Of a stretch of 64,000 bases of DNA, positions 9,726 through 22,208 are shown piece by piece. The translations under genes were made by a program, and so were the position numbers. Below the pieces are notes generated by a model that saw only the letters and a list, made by a program, of their open reading frames with translations, ran no database searches and was not told the origin of the DNA. Every line of letters starts with the position of its first letter. Position 1 is the stretch's first letter. Location: NCBI GenBank assembly GCA_022072045.1, contig JAJVIL010000010.1, positions 1,617 through 65,616 on the forward strand, written 5' to 3'. The DNA is from Burkholderiaceae bacterium. Its GTDB lineage: Bacteria; Pseudomonadota; Gammaproteobacteria; Burkholderiales; Burkholderiaceae_C.

Positions 9726-11165
9726 ATGAGATACGTCAGCACGCGCGGCGACGCGACCCCGCGCACGTTCTCGGAGATCCTGCTCGAAGGGCTGGCGCCC
9801 GACGGCGGGCTCTACCTGCCGCAGCGCTATCCCCGGGTCGATGAGGCGACGCTGAGCCGCTGGCGCATGCTGCCTTATGCCGACCTCGCTTTCGAGGTCC
9901 TGTCGCTGTACATCGACGACATTGCCGCTGCCGATCTGCGCGCGCTGTGCCGCAAGGTGTACTCGCCCGCGGTGTTCGGCAGCGAGGCGATCGTGCCGCT
10001 GCGCCCGCTCGAGCCGGGGCTGTGGATCGAAGGCCTCTCCAACGGGCCGACGCTCGCCTTCAAGGACATGGCGATGCAGTTGCTCGGCGCACTGTTCGAG
10101 TACGAGCTGGCGCGCCGCGGCGAGCGGCTCAACATCCTCGGCGCGACTTCGGGCGACACGGGCAGCGCGGCCGAGTACGCGATGCGCGGCAAACGCGGCG
10201 TGCAGGTATTCATGCTGTCCCCGCACGGCCGCATGAGTCCGTTCCAGCAGGCTCAGATGTACAGCCTGAGCGACGCCAACATTCACAACATAGCGATCGA
10301 AGGCGTGTTCGACGACTGCCAGGACATCGTCAAGGCGGTGGCTGCCGACCTGGCGTTCAAGCGCGCTCACCGCATCGGCAGCGTCAATTCGATCAACTGG
10401 GCACGCCTGGTGGCGCAGGTGGTGTACTACTTCGCCGGCTGGTTCCAGGCCACATCACGGACCCCCGGCTCCGGCTTGACCGCGGCCGCCGCCGAGCGGA
10501 TCAGCTTCGCCGTACCTTCGGGCAACTTCGGCAATGTCTTTGCCGGTCACGTCGCGCGCATGATGGGCTTGCCGATCGACCGACTGATCGTCGCCACCAA
10601 CGAGAACGACGTGCTCGACGAGTTCTTCCGCACCGGCCGCTACCGCGTGCGCAGTGCCACCGAGACGCACGAGACGTCGAGCCCGTCGATGGACATCAGC
10701 AAGGCGTCGAACTTCGAACGCTTCGTGTGCGACCTGCTGCAGCGCGACAGCGCGCGCACCCGCGAGCTGTTCGCCGAACGACTCCCGCGCGACGGCGGCT
10801 TCACGCTCGACGCGGCGGCGCTGGCGCGCTGCGCCGACTTCGGCTTCGTCTCCGGCCGCAGCACGCACGCCGACCGGCTGGAGACGATCCGGCAGGTCCG
10901 ACGCCAACACGGGGACCTGATCGACCCGCACACCGCCGACGGTGTGAAGGTGGCGCGCGCGTTGCGCCGGCCGGGCGAGACGGTGATTGCGCTCGAGACG
11001 GCGCTGCCGGCGAAGTTCGCCGAGACCATCGTCGAGGCCGTCGGCAGCGCCCCGCGGCGACCCGAAGGCTTGCGCGGCCTCGAGGAGAGGCCGCGCCGCG
11101 TCGTCGTTCTGCCGCCGAGCGCCGAGCGCGTCAAGGCATTGATCGAAGCGCACGACCCTGCCTGA
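9726..11165 (+). CDS. thrC: Threonine synthase
   Basis: N-terminus MRYVSTRGD, PLP-lysine context GPTLAFKDMAMQ, and GATSGDTGSAA. ATG at 9726; the upstream extension is a GC artefact. Confidence 0.9.
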   Translation: MRYVSTRGDATPRTFSEILLEGLAPDGGLYLPQRYPRVDEATLSRWRMLPYADLAFEVLSLYIDDIAAADLRALCRKVYSPAVFGSEAIVPLRPLEPGLWIEGLSNGPTLAFKDMAMQLLGALFEYELARRGERLNILGATSGDTGSAAEYAMRGKRGVQVFMLSPHGRMSPFQQAQMYSLSDANIHNIAIEGVFDDCQDIVKAVAADLAFKRAHRIGSVNSINWARLVAQVVYYFAGWFQATSRTPGSGLTAAAAERISFAVPSGNFGNVFAGHVARMMGLPIDRLIVATNENDVLDEFFRTGRYRVRSATETHETSSPSMDISKASNFERFVCDLLQRDSARTRELFAERLPRDGGFTLDAAALARCADFGFVSGRSTHADRLETIRQVRRQHGDLIDPHTADGVKVARALRRPGETVIALETALPAKFAETIVEAVGSAPRRPEGLRGLEERPRRVVVLPPSAERVKALIEAHDPA

Positions 11166-11223
11166 GGCAGGCGCTTCGCGCCGCGCGAGGCAGCGGCGGT
11201 GCCGGCTTGGCACAATCGGCCCG

Positions 11224-12510
11224 GTGATCGACACGAATTCGACCGTTGCGGCGCGTCAGGCCAGCGCCGCACCGCTGCTCAGCCTCGACGAGGCGATCGA
11301 GCGCCTGCTCGGCGGTGCGCGCGGGCACGCCATCGGCGAGTTCGAGACGGTGCCGACCCTCGATTCGCTGCAGCGGGTGCTGGCGCAGGACGTGCGCTCG
11401 GCTCTGAACGTGCCGCCCGCGGACAACAGCGAGATGGACGGCTACGCACTGCGCACGTCCGACGTGCCCGTCGCCGGCACCGTGCTGCCGGTGTCGCAGC
11501 GCATCCCGGCCGGCCGGGTCGGTCACGCTCTGCGGCAAGGAACCGCGGCGCGCATCTTCACCGGGGCGCCGATACCACCAGGCGCCGACGCGGTCGTGAT
11601 GCAGGAACTGTGCGACGCGATCGCACCGGCAAGCGAAGGCGACTTCGGCAGCGTGCGCGTGCGCACGCTGCCGACTGCCGGCATGTCGATCCGCCGCCGC
11701 GGCGAGGACGTGGCGCTCGATGCCGTCGTGCTGCGCCGTGGTACCCGCATCACGCCGCAGGCGATGGGCCTCGCCGCCGCGGTGGGCGCTGCCACGCTGC
11801 AGGTTTGCCGGCGGCCGCGGGTGGCGCTGTTTTCAACCGGCGACGAACTGGCGATGCCCGGCGAGCCGCTGAAGCCCGGCGCGATCTACAACTCCAACCG
11901 CTTCACGCTGCGCGGCCTGCTGCAGGCCGCCGGCTGCACGGTGATCGATCTCGGCATCGTGCCCGACAAGCTCGACGCCACGCGCGACGCATTGCGCCGC
12001 GCCGCCGCCGGCGCCGATCTGGTGCTCACCTGCGGTGGCGTCTCGGTCGGCGAGGAGGATCATCTGAAGCCGGCGCTGCGGGCCGAAGGGCGGCTCGACC
12101 TGTGGTCGATCGCCATCAAGCCGGGCAAGCCGCTCGCCTTCGGCGCGGTGCGGCGCGCCGAGGGCGGCGAGGCCTTGTACATCGGGCTGCCCGGGAATCC
12201 GGTGTCGAGCACCGTGACCTTCCTGGTCGCGGTGATGCCGGTGCTGCGGGCGCTGTGCCACTCGCCGCCGCAAGGGCCCAGGCCGATTGCGATGACTGCC
12301 GGGTTCGACTGGCCCAAGCCGTACTCCCGCCGCGAGTTTCTGCGTGCCCGTGTCGGCGACGACGGCCGGCTGGAGATCTATCGCAACCAGGGGTCTGGTG
12401 TGCTGACCTCGCTGGTCTGGGCCGATGGCCTGGTCGACAACCCGCCAGGGCAGCCGATCGTTCGCGGTGACCGCGTGCAGTTCCTGCCGCTTCCGATGAT
12501 GCTGGCATGA
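11224..12510 (+). CDS. moeA: Molybdopterin molybdotransferase MoeA
   Basis: Motifs SEMDGYALR, STGDEL and GGVSVGEEDH. GTG start. Confidence 0.85.
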   Translation: MIDTNSTVAARQASAAPLLSLDEAIERLLGGARGHAIGEFETVPTLDSLQRVLAQDVRSALNVPPADNSEMDGYALRTSDVPVAGTVLPVSQRIPAGRVGHALRQGTAARIFTGAPIPPGADAVVMQELCDAIAPASEGDFGSVRVRTLPTAGMSIRRRGEDVALDAVVLRRGTRITPQAMGLAAAVGAATLQVCRRPRVALFSTGDELAMPGEPLKPGAIYNSNRFTLRGLLQAAGCTVIDLGIVPDKLDATRDALRRAAAGADLVLTCGGVSVGEEDHLKPALRAEGRLDLWSIAIKPGKPLAFGAVRRAEGGEALYIGLPGNPVSSTVTFLVAVMPVLRALCHSPPQGPRPIAMTAGFDWPKPYSRREFLRARVGDDGRLEIYRNQGSGVLTSLVWADGLVDNPPGQPIVRGDRVQFLPLPMMLA

Positions 12511-12559
12511 GCCACGAGGTCATTCCGGGGCAAAGGCTGCGGCGCGGATCGCGGGTCCG

Positions 12560-12823
12560 ATGAGCAGCGGCCTGATCGTCCAGGTGCGTTACTTCGCCTC
12601 GTTGCGCGAAGCGCTGGGCAGCGCCGAGACCGTCGAGGTCGACGCCGGGTCGACCGTCGGCGCGCTGCGCGACCTGCTGATCGCCCGCGGCGGCGAGCAC
12701 GCTCGCCTGCTGGCGCGCGGCCGTGCGGTGCGCTGCGCGTTGCAGCAAGTGATGACCGACGAGACCGCCGCGCTGCACGACGGCGCCGAGGTGGCCTTCT
12801 TTCCGCCGGTCACCGGCGGGTGA
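12560..12823 (+). CDS. moaD: Molybdopterin synthase sulfur-carrier subunit MoaD
   Basis: An 87-aa ubiquitin-like ORF ending ...FFPPVTGG (C-terminal Gly-Gly). Confidence 0.85.
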   Translation: MSSGLIVQVRYFASLREALGSAETVEVDAGSTVGALRDLLIARGGEHARLLARGRAVRCALQQVMTDETAALHDGAEVAFFPPVTGG

Positions 12824-13347
12824 ATGTCCGAAGCAACCAAGGCGAAGCGCCGTCGCGTGACAGAATCGCGCGCATGCGCGCGATCAGCATCCAGCAAGCC
12901 GACTTCGACCTGAGCGCCGAAGTGGCCGCGTTGCGCGTGGCCGATGGCCAGGTCGGTGCCGTGGCGACCTTCGTCGGCACAGTGCGAGACCGCAACGATG
13001 GCGCCGGCGTCAGCGCGATGGAACTCGAGCATTACCCGGGAATGACCGAACGCGCCATCGACGCGATGGTGACCGAAGCGCACCGCCGCTTCGACATCCG
13101 AGGCGTGCGCGTGATCCATCGGGTCGGCGCGCTGCGGCAGGGCGACCAGATCGTGCTGGTGGCAGTGTCTGCCGCGCACCGTCGCGATGCGTTCCAGGCC
13201 TGCGAGTTTCTGATGGACTACCTGAAGACGCAGGCGCCGTTCTGGAAGCAGGAGTCCACGCCAGAAGGCGCGCGTTGGGTCGACGCTCGCGCGAGCGACG
13301 ACGCAGCGTTGGCGCGCTGGGGCTTGCCGGTGGGCAACGCCGGGTGA
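12820..13347 (+). CDS. moaE: Molybdopterin synthase catalytic subunit MoaE
   Basis: Motifs GAVATFVGTVRD, LEHYPGMTE and APFWKQE. GTG 12820 overlaps the moaD stop (GTGA). ATG 12874 gives a more typical length. Confidence 0.85.
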   Translation: MNVRSNQGEAPSRDRIARMRAISIQQADFDLSAEVAALRVADGQVGAVATFVGTVRDRNDGAGVSAMELEHYPGMTERAIDAMVTEAHRRFDIRGVRVIHRVGALRQGDQIVLVAVSAAHRRDAFQACEFLMDYLKTQAPFWKQESTPEGARWVDARASDDAALARWGLPVGNAG

Positions 13348-13733
13348 GCGCCTCCGGCGCATGGGGCGAGGCGGCCGCAGTTGCCGCTGGCGCCGCCATC
13401 GGAGCCCTGGGTCGCTGGGGTGCCGGGGTCTGGCTCAATGCACGCTGGCCGGGCTTTCCGCTCGGCACCCTGTTCGTCAACCTGCTGGGCGGGCTGCTCA
13501 TGGGTGTGGCGCTGGTCTGGCTGCAGGAGCGCGAGTACGGCGCGCTGCGCCTGTTCGCGATGACCGGCGTGCTCGGCGGCTTCACCACGTTCTCGGCGTT
13601 CTCGGCCGAATCGCTCACGCTGCTGGAGCGCGGCCAATTGATGATGGCGGCGACACACACGCTGGCCCACGTGCTCGGTGCGCTCGCCTGTGCCGCGCTG
13701 GGCGTGGTGCTGGCGCGCGCGCTGGCGGGTTGA
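13344..13733 (+). CDS. crcB: Fluoride ion channel CrcB/Fluc
   Basis: Motifs FPLGTLFVNLLG and GGFTTFSAFS, in a small four-TM protein. GTG 13344 overlaps the moaE stop (GTGA). Confidence 0.85.
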   Translation: MSASGAWGEAAAVAAGAAIGALGRWGAGVWLNARWPGFPLGTLFVNLLGGLLMGVALVWLQEREYGALRLFAMTGVLGGFTTFSAFSAESLTLLERGQLMMAATHTLAHVLGALACAALGVVLARALAG

Positions 13734-13734
13734 C

Positions 13735-14241
13735 GTGGCGACCCGCGGCCCCTTCGAAGGTGGCGCCGAAACCGCGGAGTTGCGCTCCGCGCTCGGCCGC
13801 TTCGCCACCGGCGTCACCGTGGCCACCTGCCGCGACGGCGACGGAGCGCCGGTCGGGCTGACGGTCAACTCGTTCGGCGCGTTGTCGCTGGTGCCGCCGC
13901 TGGTGCAATGGGCCCTACGCTGCGAAAGCCCGAGCCTGCGCGCGTTCGAGGCGACGGAGCACTTCGCGATCAATGTGCTGGCCGAGGGTCATCTGGAGCT
14001 GGCGCGGCGCTTCGCGGCGGCGGCGACCAACCGCTTCGACCACGGCCGCTGGCACCCCGGCCATACCGGCTGCCCCGTGCTGGCGGGCGCGCTGGCCGTG
14101 TTCGAGTGCGCCCGTCGCTCGGCGCAGCGCCACGGCGACCACGTGCTGTTCATCGGCGAGGTGCTGCACCACAGCGCCCACGCCGGCACACCGCTGCTGT
14201 TTCACACCAGCCGCTACCGCCGCCTGGGCGACGCGCTGTAG
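13735..14241 (+). CDS. Flavin reductase-like (FMN-binding split-barrel) protein
   Basis: Motifs FATGVTVAT...GLTVNSF.SLSL.PPLV and ...[11 protein letters not shown] at 13735, 2 nt after the crcB stop. Confidence 0.7.
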   Translation: MATRGPFEGGAETAELRSALGRFATGVTVATCRDGDGAPVGLTVNSFGALSLVPPLVQWALRCESPSLRAFEATEHFAINVLAEGHLELARRFAAAATNRFDHGRWHPGHTGCPVLAGALAVFECARRSAQRHGDHVLFIGEVLHHSAHAGTPLLFHTSRYRRLGDAL

Positions 14242-14303
14242 CCCCCGCGACGCGCTCGGCCGCGGCCGCGGGCACGGTGCAGACGCAAAAGGTTGCGCGC
14301 CGC

Positions 14304-14331
14304 CTTGAAATGCCGGCTCGCCTCCTCACCT
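14304..14331 (+). promoter_or_regulatory. Candidate sigma-32 (heat-shock) promoter of clpB
   Basis: CTTGAAA (14304-14310), a 13-nt spacer, then CCTCACCT (14324-14331), against the consensus CTTGAAA-N13/14-CCCCATNT. It lies 23 nt upstream of the clpB ATG, with GGAGGA at 14345-14350. Confidence 0.45.
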
Positions 14332-14354
14332 GCCTTGGCAGTTCGGAGGATTCC

Positions 14355-16946
<2,592 letters not shown>

Positions 16947-16964
16947 CGGGCATTGCCCAGCATG

Positions 16965-16999
16965 ACGAAGCCCTCCGCGAGGAGGGCTTCGTGCTTTTG
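16965..16999. terminator. Bidirectional rho-independent terminator between clpB and the convergent ORF
   Basis: A 12-bp stem ACGAAGCCCTCC/GGAGGGCTTCGT with loop GCGA, followed by GCTTTTG. Confidence 0.75.
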
Positions 17000-17014
17000 C
17001 GCCGGGCGCGGACT

Positions 17015-18316
17015 CTATGCGGCCGATGCGGCGCTGTCGCCGTCCAGACGCTGCAGCTTCATTTTCACCAGCATCAGGTTGGCGGCATGGCTGTCGAGCA
17101 CTGCATGCAGCGCCAGCCCGGGGCGGCCGGCGATCGCGCGCACGATCAGGTGATGGCCGGCCAACGTCACCGCCAAATCGGGCGGCGCCACCGGCAGGCC
17201 CATCGCCTTGGCGGCCGCGTTGGCCGCCTCGTGCAGCGCAGCACCCTGCGCGGCCAGCGAGGCGGGCCCGGGGCGCGCGCCAGCGTGGGCCAGCGTGCGC
17301 TGGGTGGTCAGCTCGAACACGCAGCAACTGATCATGCCGGTGATCTCGATGCACTGGCGCACGTAAGCCTGCCACGGATTGTTGGCCTCGGTAGTCGGCG
17401 CGGCAGGCCGCGTCGGTGGCATCGGTTGCATCGGCAGCGGCGCGGGCGGCGGCGCCAGCGGACGCATCGGCGCCGGCGCTGGAAACGCGATCGGGTCGCG
17501 TGCAGTCGTCGCTGCCGCAGCCGTTGACTGCAGGGACTGCATCGCGGCGCTGGGGTCACCGCGCACGCGATTCCAGGTGCTGCTGATCGAAGTCCACGCA
17601 TCGGAGGGCTTGATCGCCTGCGGCGCGATCGACACCTGCACACCCGTGCGCCCCGCGACCTGCGCCGCGAGCTGGTGCAAGGCACCGGGCGCCGACAGCG
17701 GAACGAAAAGCAACTGACGGCCCGGCCACGGCCCGCGAGCGATCCCTTCGCGCAGCGGTTGCAGCGCGGTATCGAGCGCGTGTTGCGGCAGATCGCCGAC
17801 CATCACGACGCCCAGGCGGCTGTAGCCGAGCAGCACGCGCGCCAGCGCGGCGCGCTGCTGGCTGTCGGCATCGACGCGCGTCGAGTACACGCGCAACATC
17901 TGGCCGTTGGCGCCGGGCAGTTCGGCAAACTCGAGCGTCGCCAGTGCCATGCCGTGACCCTGGCGGCGGATCACCAGCTTCTGCACCTTGCGCTGCGTGG
18001 CCGCGGCCAGGCCGGCCAGGATGCGCGGCGACGAGTCAGTCGCGATGTCGTGGATCGCGATGAAGTCCGACGCCCATTGCTGAAATTGCTGCTGCAGCGC
18101 TTCGGAGGGTGCGCAGACGACGAACATCTCGTGTTGCTGGTCACCGATTCGACGACCGATCTCGCGACGCTCCGGCGCCAGGTACTCTTCGCGATTCGTG
18201 AGGATCTGCGTGGCGACGTGCGTCAGCTCGCGCGTGGCCTGCCATTCCTCTTCGGGAACGCGCGAGTTGTGGACCGATGCGTCCCACTGCGACATCTCAT
18301 GAATCGGTTTCGACAT
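17015..18316 (-). CDS. Hypothetical two-domain protein (paralog of 22209..23354) with a Pro-rich linker
   Basis: 433 aa from ATG 18316 (MSKPIHEM). I recognise no family. It shares collinear similarity blocks with the ORF at 22209..23354. Linker: PAPAPMRPLAPPPAPLPMQPMPPTRPAAP. Confidence 0.7.
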   Translation of the reverse strand: MSKPIHEMSQWDASVHNSRVPEEEWQATRELTHVATQILTNREEYLAPERREIGRRIGDQQHEMFVVCAPSEALQQQFQQWASDFIAIHDIATDSSPRILAGLAAATQRKVQKLVIRRQGHGMALATLEFAELPGANGQMLRVYSTRVDADSQQRAALARVLLGYSRLGVVMVGDLPQHALDTALQPLREGIARGPWPGRQLLFVPLSAPGALHQLAAQVAGRTGVQVSIAPQAIKPSDAWTSISSTWNRVRGDPSAAMQSLQSTAAAATTARDPIAFPAPAPMRPLAPPPAPLPMQPMPPTRPAAPTTEANNPWQAYVRQCIEITGMISCCVFELTTQRTLAHAGARPGPASLAAQGAALHEAANAAAKAMGLPVAPPDLAVTLAGHHLIVRAIAGRPGLALHAVLDSHAANLMLVKMKLQRLDGDSAASAA

Positions 18317-18516
18317 GGCGGCTCTCTGGGTGGCCGAATGACCGCGCGGCTTCGGCGTCAAAGTGTAGGACTCGAGCGCCTGACGCCGCGGGATTTCGTC
18401 ACAATGAGCGACAGGCCGGCGGGGGCCCACGGCCCCCCTCGTTGAGGGCGTGATAACGGTGGCGCCGGCGCGGCGAGCCACCCGCACCGAAAGCAGGCGA
18501 ACCCAATGGAGACAGC

Positions 18517-20157
18517 GTGTCGCAATCGAATCCCGCGGTAGTGGTGATAGGCGCCGGTCTGGCTGGCCTGACGGTGGCCCTCGAATTGGCCGACCGCGGG
18601 CCGGTGGTGGTGCTCGCCAAGCGCGAGATGTCCGAAGCCGCCACCGCGTGGGCCCAGGGAGGGATCGTCGGCGTGTTGGGCAGCGACGACAGCGTCGAAT
18701 CGCACGTGCGCGATACGCAGGACGCGGGCGCCGGTCTGGTCGACGAGCATACCGCGCGCTTCATCGCCGAACACAGCGCGGCGGCGGTGCAGTGGCTGGT
18801 GGACCAGGGCGTCCCCTTCTCGGCCGATCCGAGCGGGCCGCTCGGCTTGCACCTCACCCGTGAAGGCGGTCACGCCGTACGGCGCATCGCACACGCCGCC
18901 GATGCCACCGGGCGCGCGATCCACGAGGTCTTGCTGGCCACGGCGCGCGCGCACCCGAACATCGACCTGCGCGAGCGCTGGATGGCGATCGATCTGATCA
19001 CCTCGCGCCACCTCGGGCGCAACGAACCGGCGCGCTGCTACGGGACGTATGCGCTGCACATCGACGCCAATCGCGTCGAGGCGTTGCCAGCGGCGGCCGT
19101 GGTGCTGGCCACCGGCGGCGCCGGCAAGGTCTACCGCTACACCACCAATCCCGAAACCTCCACCGGCGACGGCATCGCGATGGCCTGGCGCGCCGGCTGC
19201 CGTGTCGGCAACATGGAGTTCATCCAGTTCCACCCCACTTGCCTGTACCACCCGCAGGAGCGCAGCTTCCTGATCACCGAGGCGCTGCGCGGCGAGGGCG
19301 CCCAACTGAAGCTGCCCGACGGCGCACGCTTCATGCGTGCGCATGACGCACGCGAGGAGCTGGCACCGCGCGACATCGTCGCGCGGGCGATCGACTTCGA
19401 GATGAAGAAGCACGGCCTCGACCACGTGTGGCTCGATGCCACGCACCTCGGCGAGGGGTTCCTGAAAGAGCACTTCCCGACGATTCACGCGCGCTGCCTG
19501 GCGCTGGGCATCGACATCGCACGCCAGCCGATTCCGGTGGTGCCGGCGGCGCACTACACCTGCGGCGGCGTGGTCAGCGACCTCCATGGTCGCGCCGACG
19601 TCGCCGGCCTCTATGCGGTGGGCGAAACCACCTACACCGGCCTGCACGGCGCCAACCGGCTGGCCAGCAACTCGCTGCTCGAGTGCGTGGTGCTCGGCCG
19701 CACCTGCGCCGAGCACATCCTGAGCAGCGACGCAGCGGCAATCGCCGACGTACCGGCGTGGGACGAGAGCCAGGTCGAGGACGCCGACGAGCAGGTGGTC
19801 ATCGCGCACAACTGGGACGAGCTGCGCCTGCTGATGTGGAACTACGTCGGCATCGTGCGCACCACCAAGCGGCTGGAGCGCGCGTTGCATCGCATCGAAT
19901 TGCTGAGGCACGAGATCGACGATTACTACGCCAACTTCCGCGTCTCGCGCGATCTGCTCGAGCTACGCAATCTGGTCGAGTGCGCCGAGCTGATCGTGCG
20001 CTCGGCGCTGGTGCGCCGCGAGAGCCGCGGGCTGCACTACAGCCGCGACTTCCCGACCACGCTGCCGGTGAGCCTGCCTACCGTGCTGACGCGGCCGGCG
20101 CGCAGCAGTGCCGAGCCTGCGCGCGCGCGCAGCCGTCAGACCACGCGCATCGAGTAA
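18517..20157 (+). CDS. nadB: L-aspartate oxidase
   Basis: FAD-binding N-terminus [11 protein letters not shown], plus AQGGI and HYTCGGV. GTG start after GGAGA. Confidence 0.9.
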   Translation: MSQSNPAVVVIGAGLAGLTVALELADRGPVVVLAKREMSEAATAWAQGGIVGVLGSDDSVESHVRDTQDAGAGLVDEHTARFIAEHSAAAVQWLVDQGVPFSADPSGPLGLHLTREGGHAVRRIAHAADATGRAIHEVLLATARAHPNIDLRERWMAIDLITSRHLGRNEPARCYGTYALHIDANRVEALPAAAVVLATGGAGKVYRYTTNPETSTGDGIAMAWRAGCRVGNMEFIQFHPTCLYHPQERSFLITEALRGEGAQLKLPDGARFMRAHDAREELAPRDIVARAIDFEMKKHGLDHVWLDATHLGEGFLKEHFPTIHARCLALGIDIARQPIPVVPAAHYTCGGVVSDLHGRADVAGLYAVGETTYTGLHGANRLASNSLLECVVLGRTCAEHILSSDAAAIADVPAWDESQVEDADEQVVIAHNWDELRLLMWNYVGIVRTTKRLERALHRIELLRHEIDDYYANFRVSRDLLELRNLVECAELIVRSALVRRESRGLHYSRDFPTTLPVSLPTVLTRPARSSAEPARARSRQTTRIE

Positions 20158-21026
20158 TCGATCGCGCGCACGTCCTTGGTCAGCTTGCCCACCGAGATGC
20201 GGTCGACGCCGGTGGCGGCCACCTCGCGCAGGCGGTCGAGGCCGATGCCGCCCGAGGCTTCGAGCAAGGCGCGTCCGGCGTTGATGGCAACCGCCTCGCG
20301 CATCTGCGGCAGCGAGAAGTTGTCGAGCAGCACGCTGGTGGCGCCGGCAGCGAGCGCCTCGCGCAACTGATCGAGCGATTCGACCTCGATCTGGATGGGG
20401 ACGCCGGCGCGCAGCGCCAGCGCCCGCTGCAGTGCCACGCCCACGCCACCGGCCGCAGCGATGTGGTTTTCCTTGATCAGGATGCCGTCCCACAACGCCA
20501 GGCGCTGGTTGGCGCCACCGCCGACCCGCACCGCGTACTTCTGCGCCTGGCGCAGCCCGGGGATCGTCTTGCGCGTGTCGAGCACCGCGCAGCCGCGCGG
20601 GTTGGGCGACACCCCGGCGATCGCCCTCGCGTGCGCGCGCGTGGCAGTGGCAGTGCCCGACAACAGTTGCAGGAAGTTCAACGCCGGCCGCTCGGCCGTG
20701 AGCAGATCGCGCGCGTCGCCTTCGAGGTCGCACACCACGGTGTCGGGCAACAGGTCGGCGCCTTCGTCGCAGCGCCATCGCACCTGCGTCTGCGCGGCCA
20801 CGGCATGCATGACGCCGTCGAACCAGTCGCGGCCGGCGAGAACAGCCGTCTCGCGAACACGCACTTGAGCCTGCACCCGGCGTCCTGCGGGCAACAAGGC
20901 GCCGGTGCAGTCGCCACGACCGACGTCTTCGAGCAGCGCGTCGCGGATGTTGCGGGCGCGCGCCTGCTCGAGCGTCTCGTTGAAGTCGAAACGTAGCGTC
21001 GCGTCGTCGGTGGCCGCTGTACTCAC
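20136..21026 (-). CDS. nadC: Nicotinate-nucleotide diphosphorylase (carboxylating)
   Basis: Motifs LDTRKT.PGLR, IKENH and [10 protein letters not shown] 21026 overlaps the nadA stop (GTGA). The 500-aa ORF extension is rejected. Confidence 0.85.
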   Translation of the reverse strand: MSTAATDDATLRFDFNETLEQARARNIRDALLEDVGRGDCTGALLPAGRRVQAQVRVRETAVLAGRDWFDGVMHAVAAQTQVRWRCDEGADLLPDTVVCDLEGDARDLLTAERPALNFLQLLSGTATATRAHARAIAGVSPNPRGCAVLDTRKTIPGLRQAQKYAVRVGGGANQRLALWDGILIKENHIAAAGGVGVALQRALALRAGVPIQIEVESLDQLREALAAGATSVLLDNFSLPQMREAVAINAGRALLEASGGIGLDRLREVAATGVDRISVGKLTKDVRAIDYSMRVV

Positions 21027-22135
21027 GCCACGCCGATGTGGGGCACGAAGCCGCGCGCCGGCTGACCGATTGCGCCGGGGTTGCGCGCGACAAACTCGAG
21101 CATGCGCTCGATGCAGCCGAGCGCCTGCGTGCGCGTCGGCTCGGGTACCAGGATCTCGCCCGTTCCACGCTGCAAGCAGGCGAGCACGCCTTCGAGGCCG
21201 TTCATCGCCATCCACGGGCAGTGTGCGCAGCTCTTGCAGGTGGCGCTGTCGCCGGCGGTGGGCGCTTCGATCAGCGTCTTGCCGGGCGCGAGCTGCCGCA
21301 TGCGGTGGAACATGCCTTTGTCGGTGGCGACGATGAACTCGTCGGCCTTGCCTGCGACCACAGCCTTCAGCAGCTGCGACGTCGAACCGACGACGTCGGC
21401 CTGAGCCACCACGGCAGGCGGCGACTCGGGATGCACCAGCACCATCGCCTGCGGATGCTCCTTGCGCAGCAGCTCGAGTTCGAGGCCCTTGAATTCGTCG
21501 TGCACGATGCAGGCGGCGTCCCACAGCAGCATGTCGGCGCCGGTGGTGTCCTGGATGTAGCGTCCCAGGTGCTTGTCGGGCGCCCACAGGATCTTGTGCC
21601 CCTGCTGGTGCAGGTGAGCCACGATCGCCGGCGCGCACGAACTGGTGACCATCCAGTCGGCGCGCGCCTTCACCGCGGCACTGGTGTTCGCATACACCAC
21701 CACCTGGCGATCGGGATGGGCATCGCAGAAGCGAGCGAAATCGTCTGCCGGGCAGCCGAGGTCGAGCGAGCAGGTGGCATCGAGGTCGGGCATCAAGACG
21801 CGCTTGCCAGGCGACAGGATCTTCGCGGTTTCACCCATGAAGCGCACGCCGCAGACGATCAGCGTGCGCGCCGGATGGTCGCGGCCGAAGCGCGCCATCT
21901 CCAGCGAATCGGACACGCAGCCGCCGGTGGTCTGCGCCAGATCCTGCAGATCGCCGTCGACGTAGTAGTGCACGACCATCACCGCGTCGCGCGCCTTCAA
22001 CTCGTGCGCAATGGTCTGCTTCAGCTCGCCGCGCCGCTTTTCAGTCAGCGGCGGCGGCACCTTGGCCCAGGCATGCGCCACGCAACTCGCGCCGCTGGCG
22101 TCGATACGCGTGTAGTCGTAGCGAACTTGGCTCAT
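21023..22135 (-). CDS. nadA: Quinolinate synthase
   Basis: Motifs HYY, MGET, and the C-terminal C..CPWM cluster ([14 protein letters not shown]). Confidence 0.9.
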   Translation of the reverse strand: MSQVRYDYTRIDASGASCVAHAWAKVPPPLTEKRRGELKQTIAHELKARDAVMVVHYYVDGDLQDLAQTTGGCVSDSLEMARFGRDHPARTLIVCGVRFMGETAKILSPGKRVLMPDLDATCSLDLGCPADDFARFCDAHPDRQVVVYANTSAAVKARADWMVTSSCAPAIVAHLHQQGHKILWAPDKHLGRYIQDTTGADMLLWDAACIVHDEFKGLELELLRKEHPQAMVLVHPESPPAVVAQADVVGSTSQLLKAVVAGKADEFIVATDKGMFHRMRQLAPGKTLIEAPTAGDSATCKSCAHCPWMAMNGLEGVLACLQRGTGEILVPEPTRTQALGCIERMLEFVARNPGAIGQPARGFVPHIGVA

Positions 22136-22208
22136 GCGAGAGGGTCACCGCGATCGGCGGCCGGGGTTGACCTGGGCACGTCATGGTAGCCCAGGGTTCT
22201 CGGACACT

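Noticed and set aside
22136-22208. A riboswitch or attenuator in the 73-nt spacer upstream of nadA.
   Set aside because: Only a single 7-bp hairpin (CCTGGGC..GCCCAGG) is visible. The spacer is too short and simple to assign to any known NAD-related RNA motif. It is mentioned only within the paralog finding.
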